Both the position numbers and the translations under genes were made by a program. From Myxococcota bacterium (GTDB lineage Bacteria > Myxococcota_A > SURF-8), in the NCBI GenBank assembly GCA_963674735.2, contig CAXXQS010000001.1:1792001-1856000 (forward strand): a DNA stretch of 64,000 nt. The letters run 5' to 3'. The notes under the pieces are model-generated. The model searched no databases. It was given only the letters and a program-made list of their open reading frames with translations, and was not told the origin of the DNA. Each line of letters begins with the position of its first letter. The first letter of the stretch is position 1. This document shows positions 19,623-29,879 of this stretch, one piece after another.

Positions 19623-21026
19623 ATGGCTGTTCGTATTCTTTGTCTGTTTCTCTTTTTGCTGATCATGATCGGTTGTTCTTCGTCTGGAGACGATGCTGCA
19701 GATGGAGACCGCGAGAGCGAAACCGGGAACGAAGAAGGCGGGGATCGTGATTCCGGTGACCAAGACGAAGAAACAGAAGACGGATGCAGTCCGGGCGACT
19801 GTGGAGATGGGCTTGTCTGTGATCTGCAAGACGGCCGTTGCAAGCGCTGTACGACAGACCTAGACTGCGGTGACCCGGACCCCATAACCGGGATCACGCC
19901 ATCGTGCCTGGACGGTCGCTGCGAAGATCTCGTCTGCGGTTCACGCGCGAATATTTCTGCTCCATCAGACGGGGCCGATCTCCCCTCCTCACCTCTTCAG
20001 CCGACTTTCGATGCAACCGGAAGATTGTCCGTAAACAACACCCCCATTTTCCCAATTGGGATACAGCCAATCGATCCATCCCGATTCGAAGAAGCCAAAG
20101 CCGCAGGTGTCAATCTTGTTTTAAGCAACCACAACTGTTGCGAAAACACGACAGAGCTGAATTATCACATGCAGACGTTTCTTCCTCAAGCACAAGCCGT
20201 GGATCTATTTGCGGCAGTTCGCGCGTTCTGGCCACCGCAGCAAATCAACACCGGCAATCGACTCACCCTCCTGCAATCCATCGTAGATCGAGGAAACCGA
20301 GTCCCCTTGCTATTCTGGATCGGAGCCGACCGAGCAATTTCTTCTGGTTGGGCTGATGATATTCCGGCGGTGTGGACATTCGGGGAAAATCAGTTCCCAC
20401 CAAAACCTTTTGCTATTATGGAAGATAGTCAGCAGCAGGACGACCAACTTGATCAGATCGCTCAACTATACATTGCAACGCTCGATCCATCTCAATCAGA
20501 AGCCGCCCTGGAAGTCAGTGTCGCCCGCAATCGACTTGGAGATACTCCCGTATGGGTTCGCATCCCGATAAGCGGGCTTTCAAGCCAACGGCTCAAAGCT
20601 CTGGCCATCCACGCTATTGCGTTCGGCGCAACCGGGATCATTTTTGATGCCGGTGAAATGGACCTTTCTCACAAAGATACATGGGAAACGCTAACCGAAG
20701 CCACCCGCTATCTGCGTGACCGAACGCCCCTCTGGCTGGCTAATCGAGACGATAATGCCGCAGGTCTGGCCGAAGCACCGGTGGATGTCACACTGTTATC
20801 GGTTCGTTACGAGAACAAGACTGTCATCACTTTTATTGTTAATTCCGGCAATTCAGATGAAACCTTGACCGTTTCTCTAGCCAGTGAACAACTGCCATTT
20901 TGCCTCTCGGAAGACAGCGAGGATACCTCGCTTCGTCTGACCCGTGAACAATCCTTCACGATTAACCTAGAACCGAACGGTATCGCCGAAATTCACTCTG
21001 CGCAAGCCTCACCGGCGGGAGGGTGA
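19623..21026 (+). CDS. Lipoprotein with acidic linker, Cys-rich domain and glycoside-hydrolase-like TIM barrel
   Basis: MIGC lipobox, DGD-rich linker, multiple Cys; NNTPIFPIG..KAAGVNLV and AIAFGATGIIF GH-like segments. Confidence 0.6.
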   Translation: MAVRILCLFLFLLIMIGCSSSGDDAADGDRESETGNEEGGDRDSGDQDEETEDGCSPGDCGDGLVCDLQDGRCKRCTTDLDCGDPDPITGITPSCLDGRCEDLVCGSRANISAPSDGADLPSSPLQPTFDATGRLSVNNTPIFPIGIQPIDPSRFEEAKAAGVNLVLSNHNCCENTTELNYHMQTFLPQAQAVDLFAAVRAFWPPQQINTGNRLTLLQSIVDRGNRVPLLFWIGADRAISSGWADDIPAVWTFGENQFPPKPFAIMEDSQQQDDQLDQIAQLYIATLDPSQSEAALEVSVARNRLGDTPVWVRIPISGLSSQRLKALAIHAIAFGATGIIFDAGEMDLSHKDTWETLTEATRYLRDRTPLWLANRDDNAAGLAEAPVDVTLLSVRYENKTVITFIVNSGNSDETLTVSLASEQLPFCLSEDSEDTSLRLTREQSFTINLEPNGIAEIHSAQASPAGG

Positions 21027-21027
21027 C

Positions 21028-21795
21028 ATGTTCGAAAGCCTGATACGAAAATTTCTCTATCATCCGATAATCCTGAACCGCGACGCCCCTCTTCCCGCCT
21101 ATGCCGCAGACGCCCTGGAAGCCTGGATACCTTTATCAAACGGATTGACAATCCATGGGCTTTACTGGCCTGCCGACATCGATCGACCGACCCTTTTATA
21201 CTTTCACGGCAACGCACAATCCGTCTACGACTGGGCTCTAGTCCGTGAAGAGTTGACTCCTTTGGAAGTGGGACTGCTACTGATCGACTATCCTGGTTAT
21301 GGCAAAAGCGAGGGACATCCCACCGAGGATCTGCTCTATATTTCGGGACTTGCATCTCTTGAATGGCTTCGGATTGAGCAAAATATCCCTCCGAATCAGA
21401 TCGTCATTTTGGGAAAATCTCTAGGGGGCGGAGTTGCAACGGAAGTCGTTCGTCACACCCCGGTAAAAGGGTTGATCCTGGAGTCGACGTTTCAATCGAT
21501 TCCTTCCGTAATGCGTAATCTCATTCCCATGGTCCCAAGCAACACGATCCTAAAATCCGAACGCTACGCGTCGATTGAAAAAATTCCGCACATTCATACC
21601 CCGATTCTGGTCGTACATGGCGGTCGCGATGAACTGATCCCACTGGAGGAGGCACGCTCGCTATACAAAGCCGCCAACAATCCGAAATCCATCTATATTG
21701 TAGAAGAAGCCGGCCATAACGATGTCTCGTTATTTGCCGGCAGTGATTATGGACAACACCTACGACAATGGCTCAATGAATTGGGAGACGGATAA
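21028..21795 (+). CDS. Alpha/beta hydrolase (ABHD17/Bem46-like)
   Basis: YFHGNA, DYPGYGKS, GKSLGG nucleophile, HGGRDE, AGHND. Confidence 0.9.
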   Translation: MFESLIRKFLYHPIILNRDAPLPAYAADALEAWIPLSNGLTIHGLYWPADIDRPTLLYFHGNAQSVYDWALVREELTPLEVGLLLIDYPGYGKSEGHPTEDLLYISGLASLEWLRIEQNIPPNQIVILGKSLGGGVATEVVRHTPVKGLILESTFQSIPSVMRNLIPMVPSNTILKSERYASIEKIPHIHTPILVVHGGRDELIPLEEARSLYKAANNPKSIYIVEEAGHNDVSLFAGSDYGQHLRQWLNELGDG

Positions 21796-21803
21796 GAGGT
21801 TTG

Positions 21804-23237
21804 CTAACGTAGAGGTCGTTCACCGATTTTTCGATTTTCCCAGTCTACAAAATACTCGACATGTTGAGTGTCGGTTTTCACTTCGTGGGCAAAATTGTTG
21901 ATCCGGATCAACACTCCAGTATAAACCTTGCCAATAACCCGGATCTTGGAATTCTGACATTTTTCGGAATCGTGATCCTGTAGCCACACAGACAGTTCCT
22001 TGATACGCGTTTTCAAGTGTTTGAGCTTTGCAAGGGTCTGCAGAAACACCTTCTTTTCAGCCGCGGCAAGAGTCTCATGCAGGTCGGGTTTTTCCAAATA
22101 CGGATTAACATTTTCACTTAGTTTATCCAAAATTTCTTTAAATGATTTAATTTCATGCATCACGTTATCCAGGCTATACGGCGCTTTTTTACAAAACCCC
22201 GCACAAACCTCGGTCTTGACTGCCCCCGGTCCGCCAAGTTCTTTCGCCTCAACCCCGTAAGCGCCATAAGACAGTCCTCCAACCAACGCCCCGCCTTTAA
22301 CGACCAGCTTTCCATGGGCAAGTACGGAGGAATGGAACAATCCGCTTTTAAATTCACAGTCGTGATGGCAAAAAATATCCGCTTGGTTCGCATACCTGGC
22401 TTCGATGTTCTTTTCCGATTCGACGCTTTTTCCGGTTTCTCCGATAATTCCCTCTTTCACCACGAGGTTTCCACCGGATTTCAGGTTGGCTCCCTCGGAA
22501 GTCCCGTGAATGATGATATCTCCCCCCGCGTAGATCCCGAAATTCTGGATCACCTGGGATCCAACTTCAACCGAACCGGAAAAATGCAAATCTCCACTGC
22601 GCCAATCTTCCACGTTATCGATTCGGAAACTTTCACTAACGGACAAAGACTCCCCATCAATTTCCAAACAACCTTCGAGAGAACTGATGATCTCTCCCTT
22701 TTCGTTTTCGCTCACTCCTTTTCCGGGTTTCAGAGACACGATCTTCCGTTGTTCGTGTTCAAAGACATTTCCAAACACATCGCTGATGGACAACAATTCG
22801 GCCATCCTGGCGGCATCCAGTTTTCGGGCGATAATACCGGGTTTGACGAGAATCAAGGGGAGTTTCGGAGGAAATTTTGGGCGTGAATCCGCCACTCGTT
22901 TTGCGAAATATTTACGTATTTCTTCGTGATTGTCGAAAAAATCAAGGTCCGGCATCGGACAATTCAAACGCTTCTGATCTGCAATCAATATAGGCACGTG
23001 CTCAGCGATCAACCCCTGAAGCTTTTCTTTTTCATCATATATTTTCAGATCAAGGGGCGTTACCACATCCAGATCACGGAGAATTTCCTGAAACTGCTCC
23101 TTCTCAATAAACAATGAAAACGCCACATACAGCTTTTGCGTGTTTTTTGAGACCAAAACCCTAAGGCCGTAATCGCTTGGATCCACAACCTCATTGGGAG
23201 GAACCTGGATCAAATTATGCGGCGTATCAGGTGGCAT
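21804..23237 (-). CDS. FapA/DUF342 family protein
   Basis: DVFG..LKPGKGV, SGDLHFSGSVEV, beta-helix-like repeats, coiled coil, GKVYTGVLIRI. Confidence 0.8.
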   Translation of the reverse strand: MPPDTPHNLIQVPPNEVVDPSDYGLRVLVSKNTQKLYVAFSLFIEKEQFQEILRDLDVVTPLDLKIYDEKEKLQGLIAEHVPILIADQKRLNCPMPDLDFFDNHEEIRKYFAKRVADSRPKFPPKLPLILVKPGIIARKLDAARMAELLSISDVFGNVFEHEQRKIVSLKPGKGVSENEKGEIISSLEGCLEIDGESLSVSESFRIDNVEDWRSGDLHFSGSVEVGSQVIQNFGIYAGGDIIIHGTSEGANLKSGGNLVVKEGIIGETGKSVESEKNIEARYANQADIFCHHDCEFKSGLFHSSVLAHGKLVVKGGALVGGLSYGAYGVEAKELGGPGAVKTEVCAGFCKKAPYSLDNVMHEIKSFKEILDKLSENVNPYLEKPDLHETLAAAEKKVFLQTLAKLKHLKTRIKELSVWLQDHDSEKCQNSKIRVIGKVYTGVLIRINNFAHEVKTDTQHVEYFVDWENRKIGERPLR

Positions 23238-23350
23238 GATCTGTCTTTCTATCCTTCGTTTATTACTACCAAAACTCCTTACATTAAAAGAGATCGGATA
23301 TCATTGGATATTCTTCAATTTAATTGTGATTCCGGATAAGATTTACTGCT

Positions 23351-25495
23351 TCAATTCTGCGCAAGCTGCAAAGCATTGGATAAATCTTCGGAACGATTGA
23401 TGGGGTTTTGGCACGCGTGGTCCGTGCAAATATACAGGGTGGTACAATCGTCAATCGGAACCTGTTCCAAAGTAAATGGTGCTAAATTACAGATGGCATC
23501 AACACCTGGACCATCAACGGGGCGAGCCAACCGCACTAGCCTTGGAATGTAGTGCAATTCTAATTCGTTACACATTTCTTTAAAGTCGGATTTCTCCGAA
23601 TCACCAACAAATACCACTTCCTGACAAGGACCGATCAGCCAGTCAAGCCCCATTAGAAACTGTGAAAAATTCCAAGGATCTTGGCGAACCTGTTCCGAAA
23701 AGGCACGCACGATTCGCTCGGCGATACTTTGCCATTTTTCATCACCGGTCAACCGATAGAGACGCGCATAATTGGAGATGGCCACGGAGTTGGCCGAAGG
23801 AGCCGCCCCATCGTAGATTTCTTTTGACCGGATCAGAAGAGCCTCTCCGTTGACAGGAGACAAGAAAAAGCCACTCTGCTTGGAATCCCAGAAGTCTTCG
23901 GCCATCGCGTCGCTGCATTTAATCGCCCACTGTAGAAATTCCACATTGAATCCGGCTTCATAAGCATCAAGCAAAGCCTGGATGAAAAACGCATAATCAT
24001 CGGCAAAGCCATGAATCTCCGCCTGACCGCTCTTGTAGCGGTGCAGCAAACGCCCATCGGAACTAACCATATTTTTTAATAGGAATTCTAAGCCCTTAGT
24101 TCCGAGTTCAAGATATTCCGGTCGATCGAAAACACGCCCTGCACGCATAAAGGCCGAAATCATCAAGCCGTTCCAGTCAACCAGGATTTTCTCATCCCGC
24201 AAGGGACGAATGCGCCCTTCACGCCGCTCGAAAAGCTTGCCTCGGATCAGTTCCCATTTTGCAAGCAGGTTCGCTTCCGATTCACCTTCCGAATCGGCAA
24301 GAGACTCCCAACTGCCGCGACGATGGAGAATGTTCTTCTTTATCGCTTCTCCCGTCGCTTCTTCCATAAAGTTTCCACCCGCCTGGGCATTCATCCACCG
24401 GGCAACATTTTGAGCGTCGTTTTCTCCCAATATCTCTTTCAATTCGTCCCAAGTCCAAACGTAGAATCGACCTTCTTCACCCTCGCTATCGGCGTCTTCA
24501 GCTGAGTAAAAAGCTCCGCCTGGATGCGTCATATCTTTCTGAACATACTGGAGTATTTCCTCAGCAGTTCGCTTAAATCGGTCGAATCGGGTCACCTGAA
24601 ATGCCTCCACATAAGCCATTACCAATAAGGCTTGGTCATAGAGCATCTTTTCAAAATGGGGCAACAACCACTGCCGATCAGTGGAATAGCGGTGAAACCC
24701 ATATCCCACATGATCGAAAATGCCACCGCGACGCATCGCATCAAGCGTGTGAACCGCCATAGCCAAGGCGTTTTCATTTCCTGTTCGTTTCCAATACCTT
24801 AGTAGAAACAAGATCTTATGCGGTGTCGGAAATTTTGGCCGGTCTCCAAATCCTCCAAATTCAACATCGAAGAAACGCTCGAACTGGCTGAAGGCCTTGT
24901 CGAAAACGGTTTTATCAAGAAAATCACCAGCCTTCGTTGATTGCGTCTGGCCAAGCGCTTCCACGACACGGTGAGTCGATTCGTCAATTCGCTCACGTTC
25001 ATTTGTCCAGATTTCTTGGATCCGTGGAACCAGTTCAAGCAAACCGTTACGCCCGTAACCGGATCGCTTCGGGATGTAGGTGGCAGCAAAAAATGGTTTT
25101 TTATCGGCAGTCATGAAAATAGACAATGGCCACCCGCCTCCACCGGTGAGCAGGTGACAAACAGTCATGTAAACCTGATCGACGTCGGGCCGTTCTTCAC
25201 GATCGACCTTGATGTTGATAAAGGTTTCGTTCAAAAGACGAGCGACCTCCGGGTCTTCAAAGCTTTCGTGGGCCATGACATGACACCAGTGGCAAGTAGA
25301 ATAACCGATGGATAAAAAGATCGGTTTATCCTGCTCGCGCGCCGCCTTGAAGGCTTCGTCGCCCCAGGGATACCAGGAAACGGGATTACTTGCATGTTGT
25401 TGAAGATACGGACTTTTTTCATCGGCTAAACGATTGGACGTTAGCTGCGTCTCGATATTTAAAGGTGCATCTGACTTGTTATCGGAAAAGCTCAT
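23351..25495 (-). CDS. Thioredoxin-domain/(alpha/alpha)6 protein YyaL/SPATA20 (DUF255)
   Basis: [36 protein letters not shown] and PHFEKMLYD motifs. Confidence 0.93.
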   Translation of the reverse strand: MSFSDNKSDAPLNIETQLTSNRLADEKSPYLQQHASNPVSWYPWGDEAFKAAREQDKPIFLSIGYSTCHWCHVMAHESFEDPEVARLLNETFINIKVDREERPDVDQVYMTVCHLLTGGGGWPLSIFMTADKKPFFAATYIPKRSGYGRNGLLELVPRIQEIWTNERERIDESTHRVVEALGQTQSTKAGDFLDKTVFDKAFSQFERFFDVEFGGFGDRPKFPTPHKILFLLRYWKRTGNENALAMAVHTLDAMRRGGIFDHVGYGFHRYSTDRQWLLPHFEKMLYDQALLVMAYVEAFQVTRFDRFKRTAEEILQYVQKDMTHPGGAFYSAEDADSEGEEGRFYVWTWDELKEILGENDAQNVARWMNAQAGGNFMEEATGEAIKKNILHRRGSWESLADSEGESEANLLAKWELIRGKLFERREGRIRPLRDEKILVDWNGLMISAFMRAGRVFDRPEYLELGTKGLEFLLKNMVSSDGRLLHRYKSGQAEIHGFADDYAFFIQALLDAYEAGFNVEFLQWAIKCSDAMAEDFWDSKQSGFFLSPVNGEALLIRSKEIYDGAAPSANSVAISNYARLYRLTGDEKWQSIAERIVRAFSEQVRQDPWNFSQFLMGLDWLIGPCQEVVFVGDSEKSDFKEMCNELELHYIPRLVRLARPVDGPGVDAICNLAPFTLEQVPIDDCTTLYICTDHACQNPINRSEDLSNALQLAQN

Positions 25496-25682
25496 GAACG
25501 TTTCTCCCAGAGATCAGCAAGCGCAAAGCGTCACGGAACGCTACAAACTACTTGCAAAATCAGGCAGCTTCAGAGTTGAACGCCTGCGGTGTTCGTAGTG
25601 GGAGAGACCCCGCAGTAAAGCCTTATTCCATAATGCAAATACAATCACTAACCAGAGGAGACAAACCGTGGATAAAAGTGAG

Positions 25683-26348
25683 CTAATCAGCCAAATCCAA
25701 CTTCTCTTTAAACGCTTCAATCCCGATTTTATCGATCCACTTCCCGAGACGACTACGCACGTTTTCCTTCGTGAAAAGATCCACGACCTTATGACAAAGC
25801 GCAATCGCTTCATCGTCCGTCAAATCGGACGCGATCTCCTGGGATAAACGTGGAGAAACTCCACCGGAACCGCCGACCTGCACCTTCCAGCCATCCTTCG
25901 TCCCTTGCAAAGCAAAATCTTTGATCGCATTTTCGGCACACTGCATCACACAACCCGAAACACCGATCTTAAATTTGAATGGCAGGGGCATAGCGTGAAA
26001 ACGCCGGTCAAGCTCCAACCCCACCCTCATCGCATCTTGTTTAGCATGGGGACAATGTGTCGTACCGGGACAAAACTTGATACTGCGGATGCACATGCCG
26101 ATAGCGGCACCCGGAGTTTCCTGCAAATCTTCCCAAGCCTCATCGATACGGTCTTCGTCAATGCCAAGAAGAGAAATACGTTGTGCGCTCGTCAATTTGA
26201 TTAAATCAACCTGATATTTTTCCGCCACATCCGCCACTTTGCGTAATTGGCCGGGGGTAATGATTCCACCGGGGAAATGCGGAGCAATTCCGTAACGACC
26301 GCTAACCTGCGCGATCGCGGCCTTCTCCATGATGTTTCGTTTCGCCAT
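25683..26348 (-). CDS. Short nitrite/sulfite reductase-domain (siroheme/4Fe-4S) protein
   Basis: KLTSAQRI, IKFCPGTTHC and KFKIGVSGCVMQCAE motifs. Confidence 0.85.
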   Translation of the reverse strand: MAKRNIMEKAAIAQVSGRYGIAPHFPGGIITPGQLRKVADVAEKYQVDLIKLTSAQRISLLGIDEDRIDEAWEDLQETPGAAIGMCIRSIKFCPGTTHCPHAKQDAMRVGLELDRRFHAMPLPFKFKIGVSGCVMQCAENAIKDFALQGTKDGWKVQVGGSGGVSPRLSQEIASDLTDDEAIALCHKVVDLFTKENVRSRLGKWIDKIGIEAFKEKLDLAD

Positions 26349-26597
26349 ACCCGTTCTCCTGTTCAATCCCATTCAATTCCGAGCGATATCTTAACATTGA
26401 CCGCCTTCCGCCGCAACTCCGCTCAGCCGAAGCCTTATGAAAACAAGCTGTCTCGGCTCTGCGAAACCGGCTCGTTCAATCAACCATTCAAGTTTTGGTT
26501 GAGCCGAAGAGCGTTTTCCGTTATGCTCTTTTTGTACTTGCTATCGCCATTCCGGCAATAGCCGCGTTTAAGCTAAAACCCCGCAATATCGGAGAGC

Positions 26598-27128
26598 ATG
26601 ACCATGCATTTCGAAGTGATCGATCATCTTCCTTTCCCTCTTAAAGATGTTTTCACCACCATGCGTGACAAGCTCCCGGAACTGGTTCCACACCTACCCG
26701 ACGTTCGAAAAATTGAATGTGTCGAACGTACAGAACTCGGCCCCGGCAAACTGCGCTTGGTCAACCACTGGTATGCTGAAGACAAGATACCGGGAACACT
26801 GAAAAAATTCATCAGCGCCGACCAACTCGGCTGGATCGACTACGCCGAGTGGGACGATGCAACGATGTCGGTCAGCTACCGATTGGAGATGATGTTTTTC
26901 CGTGAATATGTGGATGTTCGCGGCAAAAACACGTTCGCCGGTGACGATAAAGAAAGCACGGTCACATTGAACGGCGACCTGAATCTCGATCTCGCCAAAC
27001 ACCCCATGATTCCTCGTCTTTTGGCCAGAACGATCACGGGGCAAGTCGAGAAACTGGTCCTGGCCTTGATCAAGCCGAATCTGGTGAAAGTCAATCGAGG
27101 AATCGAGAAGCATTTACGCGGCGAGTAA
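26598..27128 (+). CDS. START/SRPBCC-like (Bet v1 fold) protein
   Basis: RDKLPELVPHLPDV..WIDYAEWD pattern; C-terminal helix. Confidence 0.55.
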   Translation: MTMHFEVIDHLPFPLKDVFTTMRDKLPELVPHLPDVRKIECVERTELGPGKLRLVNHWYAEDKIPGTLKKFISADQLGWIDYAEWDDATMSVSYRLEMMFFREYVDVRGKNTFAGDDKESTVTLNGDLNLDLAKHPMIPRLLARTITGQVEKLVLALIKPNLVKVNRGIEKHLRGE

Positions 27129-27182
27129 GCAAATCAAGCTTAAAAAGCACGCTGTAGATTTGATTTCCGGAAAACCACATAT

Positions 27183-27512
27183 TCAAGGGGTGAGTTCGTC
27201 CCAATCAGCATTGAAAGCTTCAAGAATTCGAGCTTGTAGATCTGACTTTTCCTGGCGAAGTTCTTGTAGACGCGTCAAACTATCCGAAATAACACGCCAT
27301 TTTCGCTCGCTATAGATGCACAAATCATCTGCCCGCAACAAACGGCGTTCGCATGGGGGCGCGCCGCATGGCACGTCGTCCACGGCAACCCAATACCAAC
27401 GCGAACTGTCGGACGGCTCACTTTCATTCTCGATACGCCCCGATCCCCAGTTTCCCAGATCGTTGAAAATCACCCGATCATCTTTTTTCCAATCACGCCT
27501 TTTTCGGGCCAC
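27183..27512 (-). CDS. Hypothetical protein (beta-rich N-terminus, coiled-coil C-terminus)
   Basis: GTG start after AGGAG; co-oriented downstream of pgeF. Confidence 0.6.
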   Translation of the reverse strand: MARKRRDWKKDDRVIFNDLGNWGSGRIENESEPSDSSRWYWVAVDDVPCGAPPCERRLLRADDLCIYSERKWRVISDSLTRLQELRQEKSDLQARILEAFNADWDELTP

Positions 27513-27558
27513 CGTACCACTCCTGTGTTCCTATTGCCGAATCATTTCGGGGCCATGA

Positions 27559-28326
27559 TCAACACAAACCAATGTAATTGTACTGACGCCCCGCGCGTTC
27601 GCGTTCGCGACGCCATGAATAAAAAGTCGGATCGACCGAACAAATCGTGCAATGTGCCGCATGATGAATGTGATGGGGCAAAACTCCATACTCTTCGGCC
27701 TGAATGCGATTGATCGTGGGAAGATCCAGACTGGCTTTACCGGCCTCGCGCCATACCGCCTTATCGCCGAACAACACGGAGAATTCATCAGCCAATTCCG
27801 CTGAAACCTCGTAACAACACGGTCCGGCGGAAGGTCCCAGAGCAACCAGCAACTCTTCGGGTTGACTACCGAATTCCTTCATCATCCGATCGATAACGTG
27901 TCGAATAATGCGCTGATGAGTCCCTCGCCACCCCGCATGTATCGCGGCCACCGCCGGGCGCCTTGGGTCGAAAATGAAAATCGGTAAGCAATCCGCCGTA
28001 CGAATACCGATCATCAACCCCACACAATCCGTAACGATCGCATCGCAACGAATCGTGTTGGCGGGCGGGATAAAACGGTCGTTCCGCCGTACAACCAAAG
28101 TATTTGCCGAATGGATCTGTTTGACCGTCAGGACGTCCTTGAAGACAGGTCCGGCTTCAGAGCAAGCCCGTTTTATAGCGGTAGCAAAGCTGGTCGCCCT
28201 GACACGCCGATTTATCGTTTCAGTATGTTCCGCTCCCACATCAAGATCGAAAGCGGCGGTCCCAAAGCCATGGGCCAGTGCGCCAATGTCGCTGAAAGCC
28301 GGAACGTTGATGAAGTCGGACATCAA
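27559..28326 (-). CDS. pgeF: PgeF/YfiH purine nucleoside phosphorylase (laccase domain)
   Basis: QIHS, TADCLP, HAGWRG, GPCCYEV and CTIC..FYSWRR motifs. Confidence 0.93.
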   Translation of the reverse strand: MMSDFINVPAFSDIGALAHGFGTAAFDLDVGAEHTETINRRVRATSFATAIKRACSEAGPVFKDVLTVKQIHSANTLVVRRNDRFIPPANTIRCDAIVTDCVGLMIGIRTADCLPIFIFDPRRPAVAAIHAGWRGTHQRIIRHVIDRMMKEFGSQPEELLVALGPSAGPCCYEVSAELADEFSVLFGDKAVWREAGKASLDLPTINRIQAEEYGVLPHHIHHAAHCTICSVDPTFYSWRRERERAGRQYNYIGLC

Positions 28327-29306
28327 GATGCTCCATAATAAGACGCCAAAACATCAAGCAACTGCTGCATGTCGGTCGGATAACCTGAAACAAAGCGCAA
28401 TTGAGAACCAAGAATTGGATGTGTAAACCCTAAAACACCGGCGTGCAACATCTGCCGTTTGATACCGGCAACCGCATCATGCACCGTTTTATCGATCACG
28501 CGCCGCGCCCTGCGTGACGGACAATAAAGCGGGTCACCCACGACCGGATACCCTTGATGCGACAGGTGCACCCGGATCTGATGGGTACGGCCGGTTTCCA
28601 GTTTGACGCGCAGGTGGCTTATCTGACCATATATCGCCAAACATTCGATGTGGGTCACGGCATGTTTGCCATGCCCGTCAACCACGGCGAAACGTTTGCG
28701 GTCCTTGGAATGACGACCGATATTCGCTTCGATACGAGCCACTTCCTCGGGATATTGCCCGTAAACGAAAGTTTCGTAGACACGCTCGATCGAATGCTCG
28801 GCAAACTGCTCGGCCAGCCCGTTTTGCGCCGCATCATTTTTGGCGGCCACGATGAGACCGGACGTGTCCTTATCGAGCCGATGGACGATTCCGGGACGTA
28901 TGACTCCCCCTATACCGGCGAGATCGGAACAGTGCGCCAAAAGCGCATTCACCATAGTCCCATCGGGATTTCCAGCCGCCGGATGTACCACCATCCCCGC
29001 CGGTTTGTCAACCACGATCAGATCGTGATCTTCATAGGCGACACTGAGCGGAATTTCCTGAGCGATAGCTTCGAGGGGTTCGAGAACAGGTTCCTGCCAT
29101 TGAACCACCTGCCCGGCCGACAGCTTCACCCCGGCTTTGACCGCGATAACACCATCAACCACAACCAATCCCTGGTCGATGTGGCGACGAATCTGGCTCC
29201 GTGCCACACCAGCCACAGACGCGAGGAAGGCATCAAGACGGAGGGAGGCGCAACCACGCTCAAGGGTAAACACACGGATTCTGTCGTCGGTTTGTGTGAC
29301 AGGCAT
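28323..29306 (-). CDS. rluD: 23S rRNA pseudouridine synthase RluD
   Basis: S4 domain, DKPAGMVVHP, RPGIVHRLDKDTSG, TGRTHQIRVH. Confidence 0.93.
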   Translation of the reverse strand: MPVTQTDDRIRVFTLERGCASLRLDAFLASVAGVARSQIRRHIDQGLVVVDGVIAVKAGVKLSAGQVVQWQEPVLEPLEAIAQEIPLSVAYEDHDLIVVDKPAGMVVHPAAGNPDGTMVNALLAHCSDLAGIGGVIRPGIVHRLDKDTSGLIVAAKNDAAQNGLAEQFAEHSIERVYETFVYGQYPEEVARIEANIGRHSKDRKRFAVVDGHGKHAVTHIECLAIYGQISHLRVKLETGRTHQIRVHLSHQGYPVVGDPLYCPSRRARRVIDKTVHDAVAGIKRQMLHAGVLGFTHPILGSQLRFVSGYPTDMQQLLDVLASYYGAS

Positions 29307-29357
29307 AAGTGATTTTCATCTTTGAAATGGGGGTCGAATACGGAGAGCGGATAACGC

Positions 29358-29624
29358 TTACCAGATATCGGTTTCGACGTCGGCTTTGTACTTGACCAAA
29401 ATATCGACAATGGCGCGTTCGTAGTAATTACTTGTAACACGTAATTCCTCGTCCACGCGCGCTTCATAAAGATCGCGACCCTCTTGAATTTCGGCCTTCA
29501 TGACATCGAAAAGGTTGTCGTTCTCCAACCCACCGATGATCTTGTCTTCATTGTAAAGCGACACATCGGATGCAATGGCGCGAGCCAGTCGACGCGCAGC
29601 TTCGGGACGATCAATCTTGGCCAT
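29358..29624 (-). CDS. Small helical hypothetical protein
   Basis: SD AAGGGAGG; ARRLARAIASDVSLYN motif recalled from deltaproteobacterial proteins. Confidence 0.75.
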   Translation of the reverse strand: MAKIDRPEAARRLARAIASDVSLYNEDKIIGGLENDNLFDVMKAEIQEGRDLYEARVDEELRVTSNYYERAIVDILVKYKADVETDIW

Positions 29625-29879
29625 ATCCAGCCTCCCTTTCCTAACTTGGCCAACCATTCTATCACAATCATCCGCTCACGGGCAAGCATACGAAAATCGA
29701 AAAACGAATTCGTTCGTGATTCTTCAATTTCACAACTCGCTCCCCAAAAACTGAAAAGTCCTCCGAACGTCCTTCCAACACCCAAGTTTCAGTTGCGGTC
29801 GATTTTTTTAACCCATTCTGTCCTCAAAACCGCGGAAGAGTTGTCTAACGGGAAACAATGGATCGAAGGATGATAATTC

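Noticed and set aside
21804-25495. Visibly more AT-rich segment as a genomic island
   Set aside because: No integrase, transposase, tRNA or flanking direct repeats; genes are ordinary and GC content was not computed.
25583-25615. CCTGCGGTGTTCGT..CCGCAG hairpin reminiscent of a 6S RNA end
   Set aside because: Only a short local hairpin; no long rod with a central bulge is visible.
28554-29312. 252-aa + strand ORF
   Set aside because: Antisense shadow of rluD.
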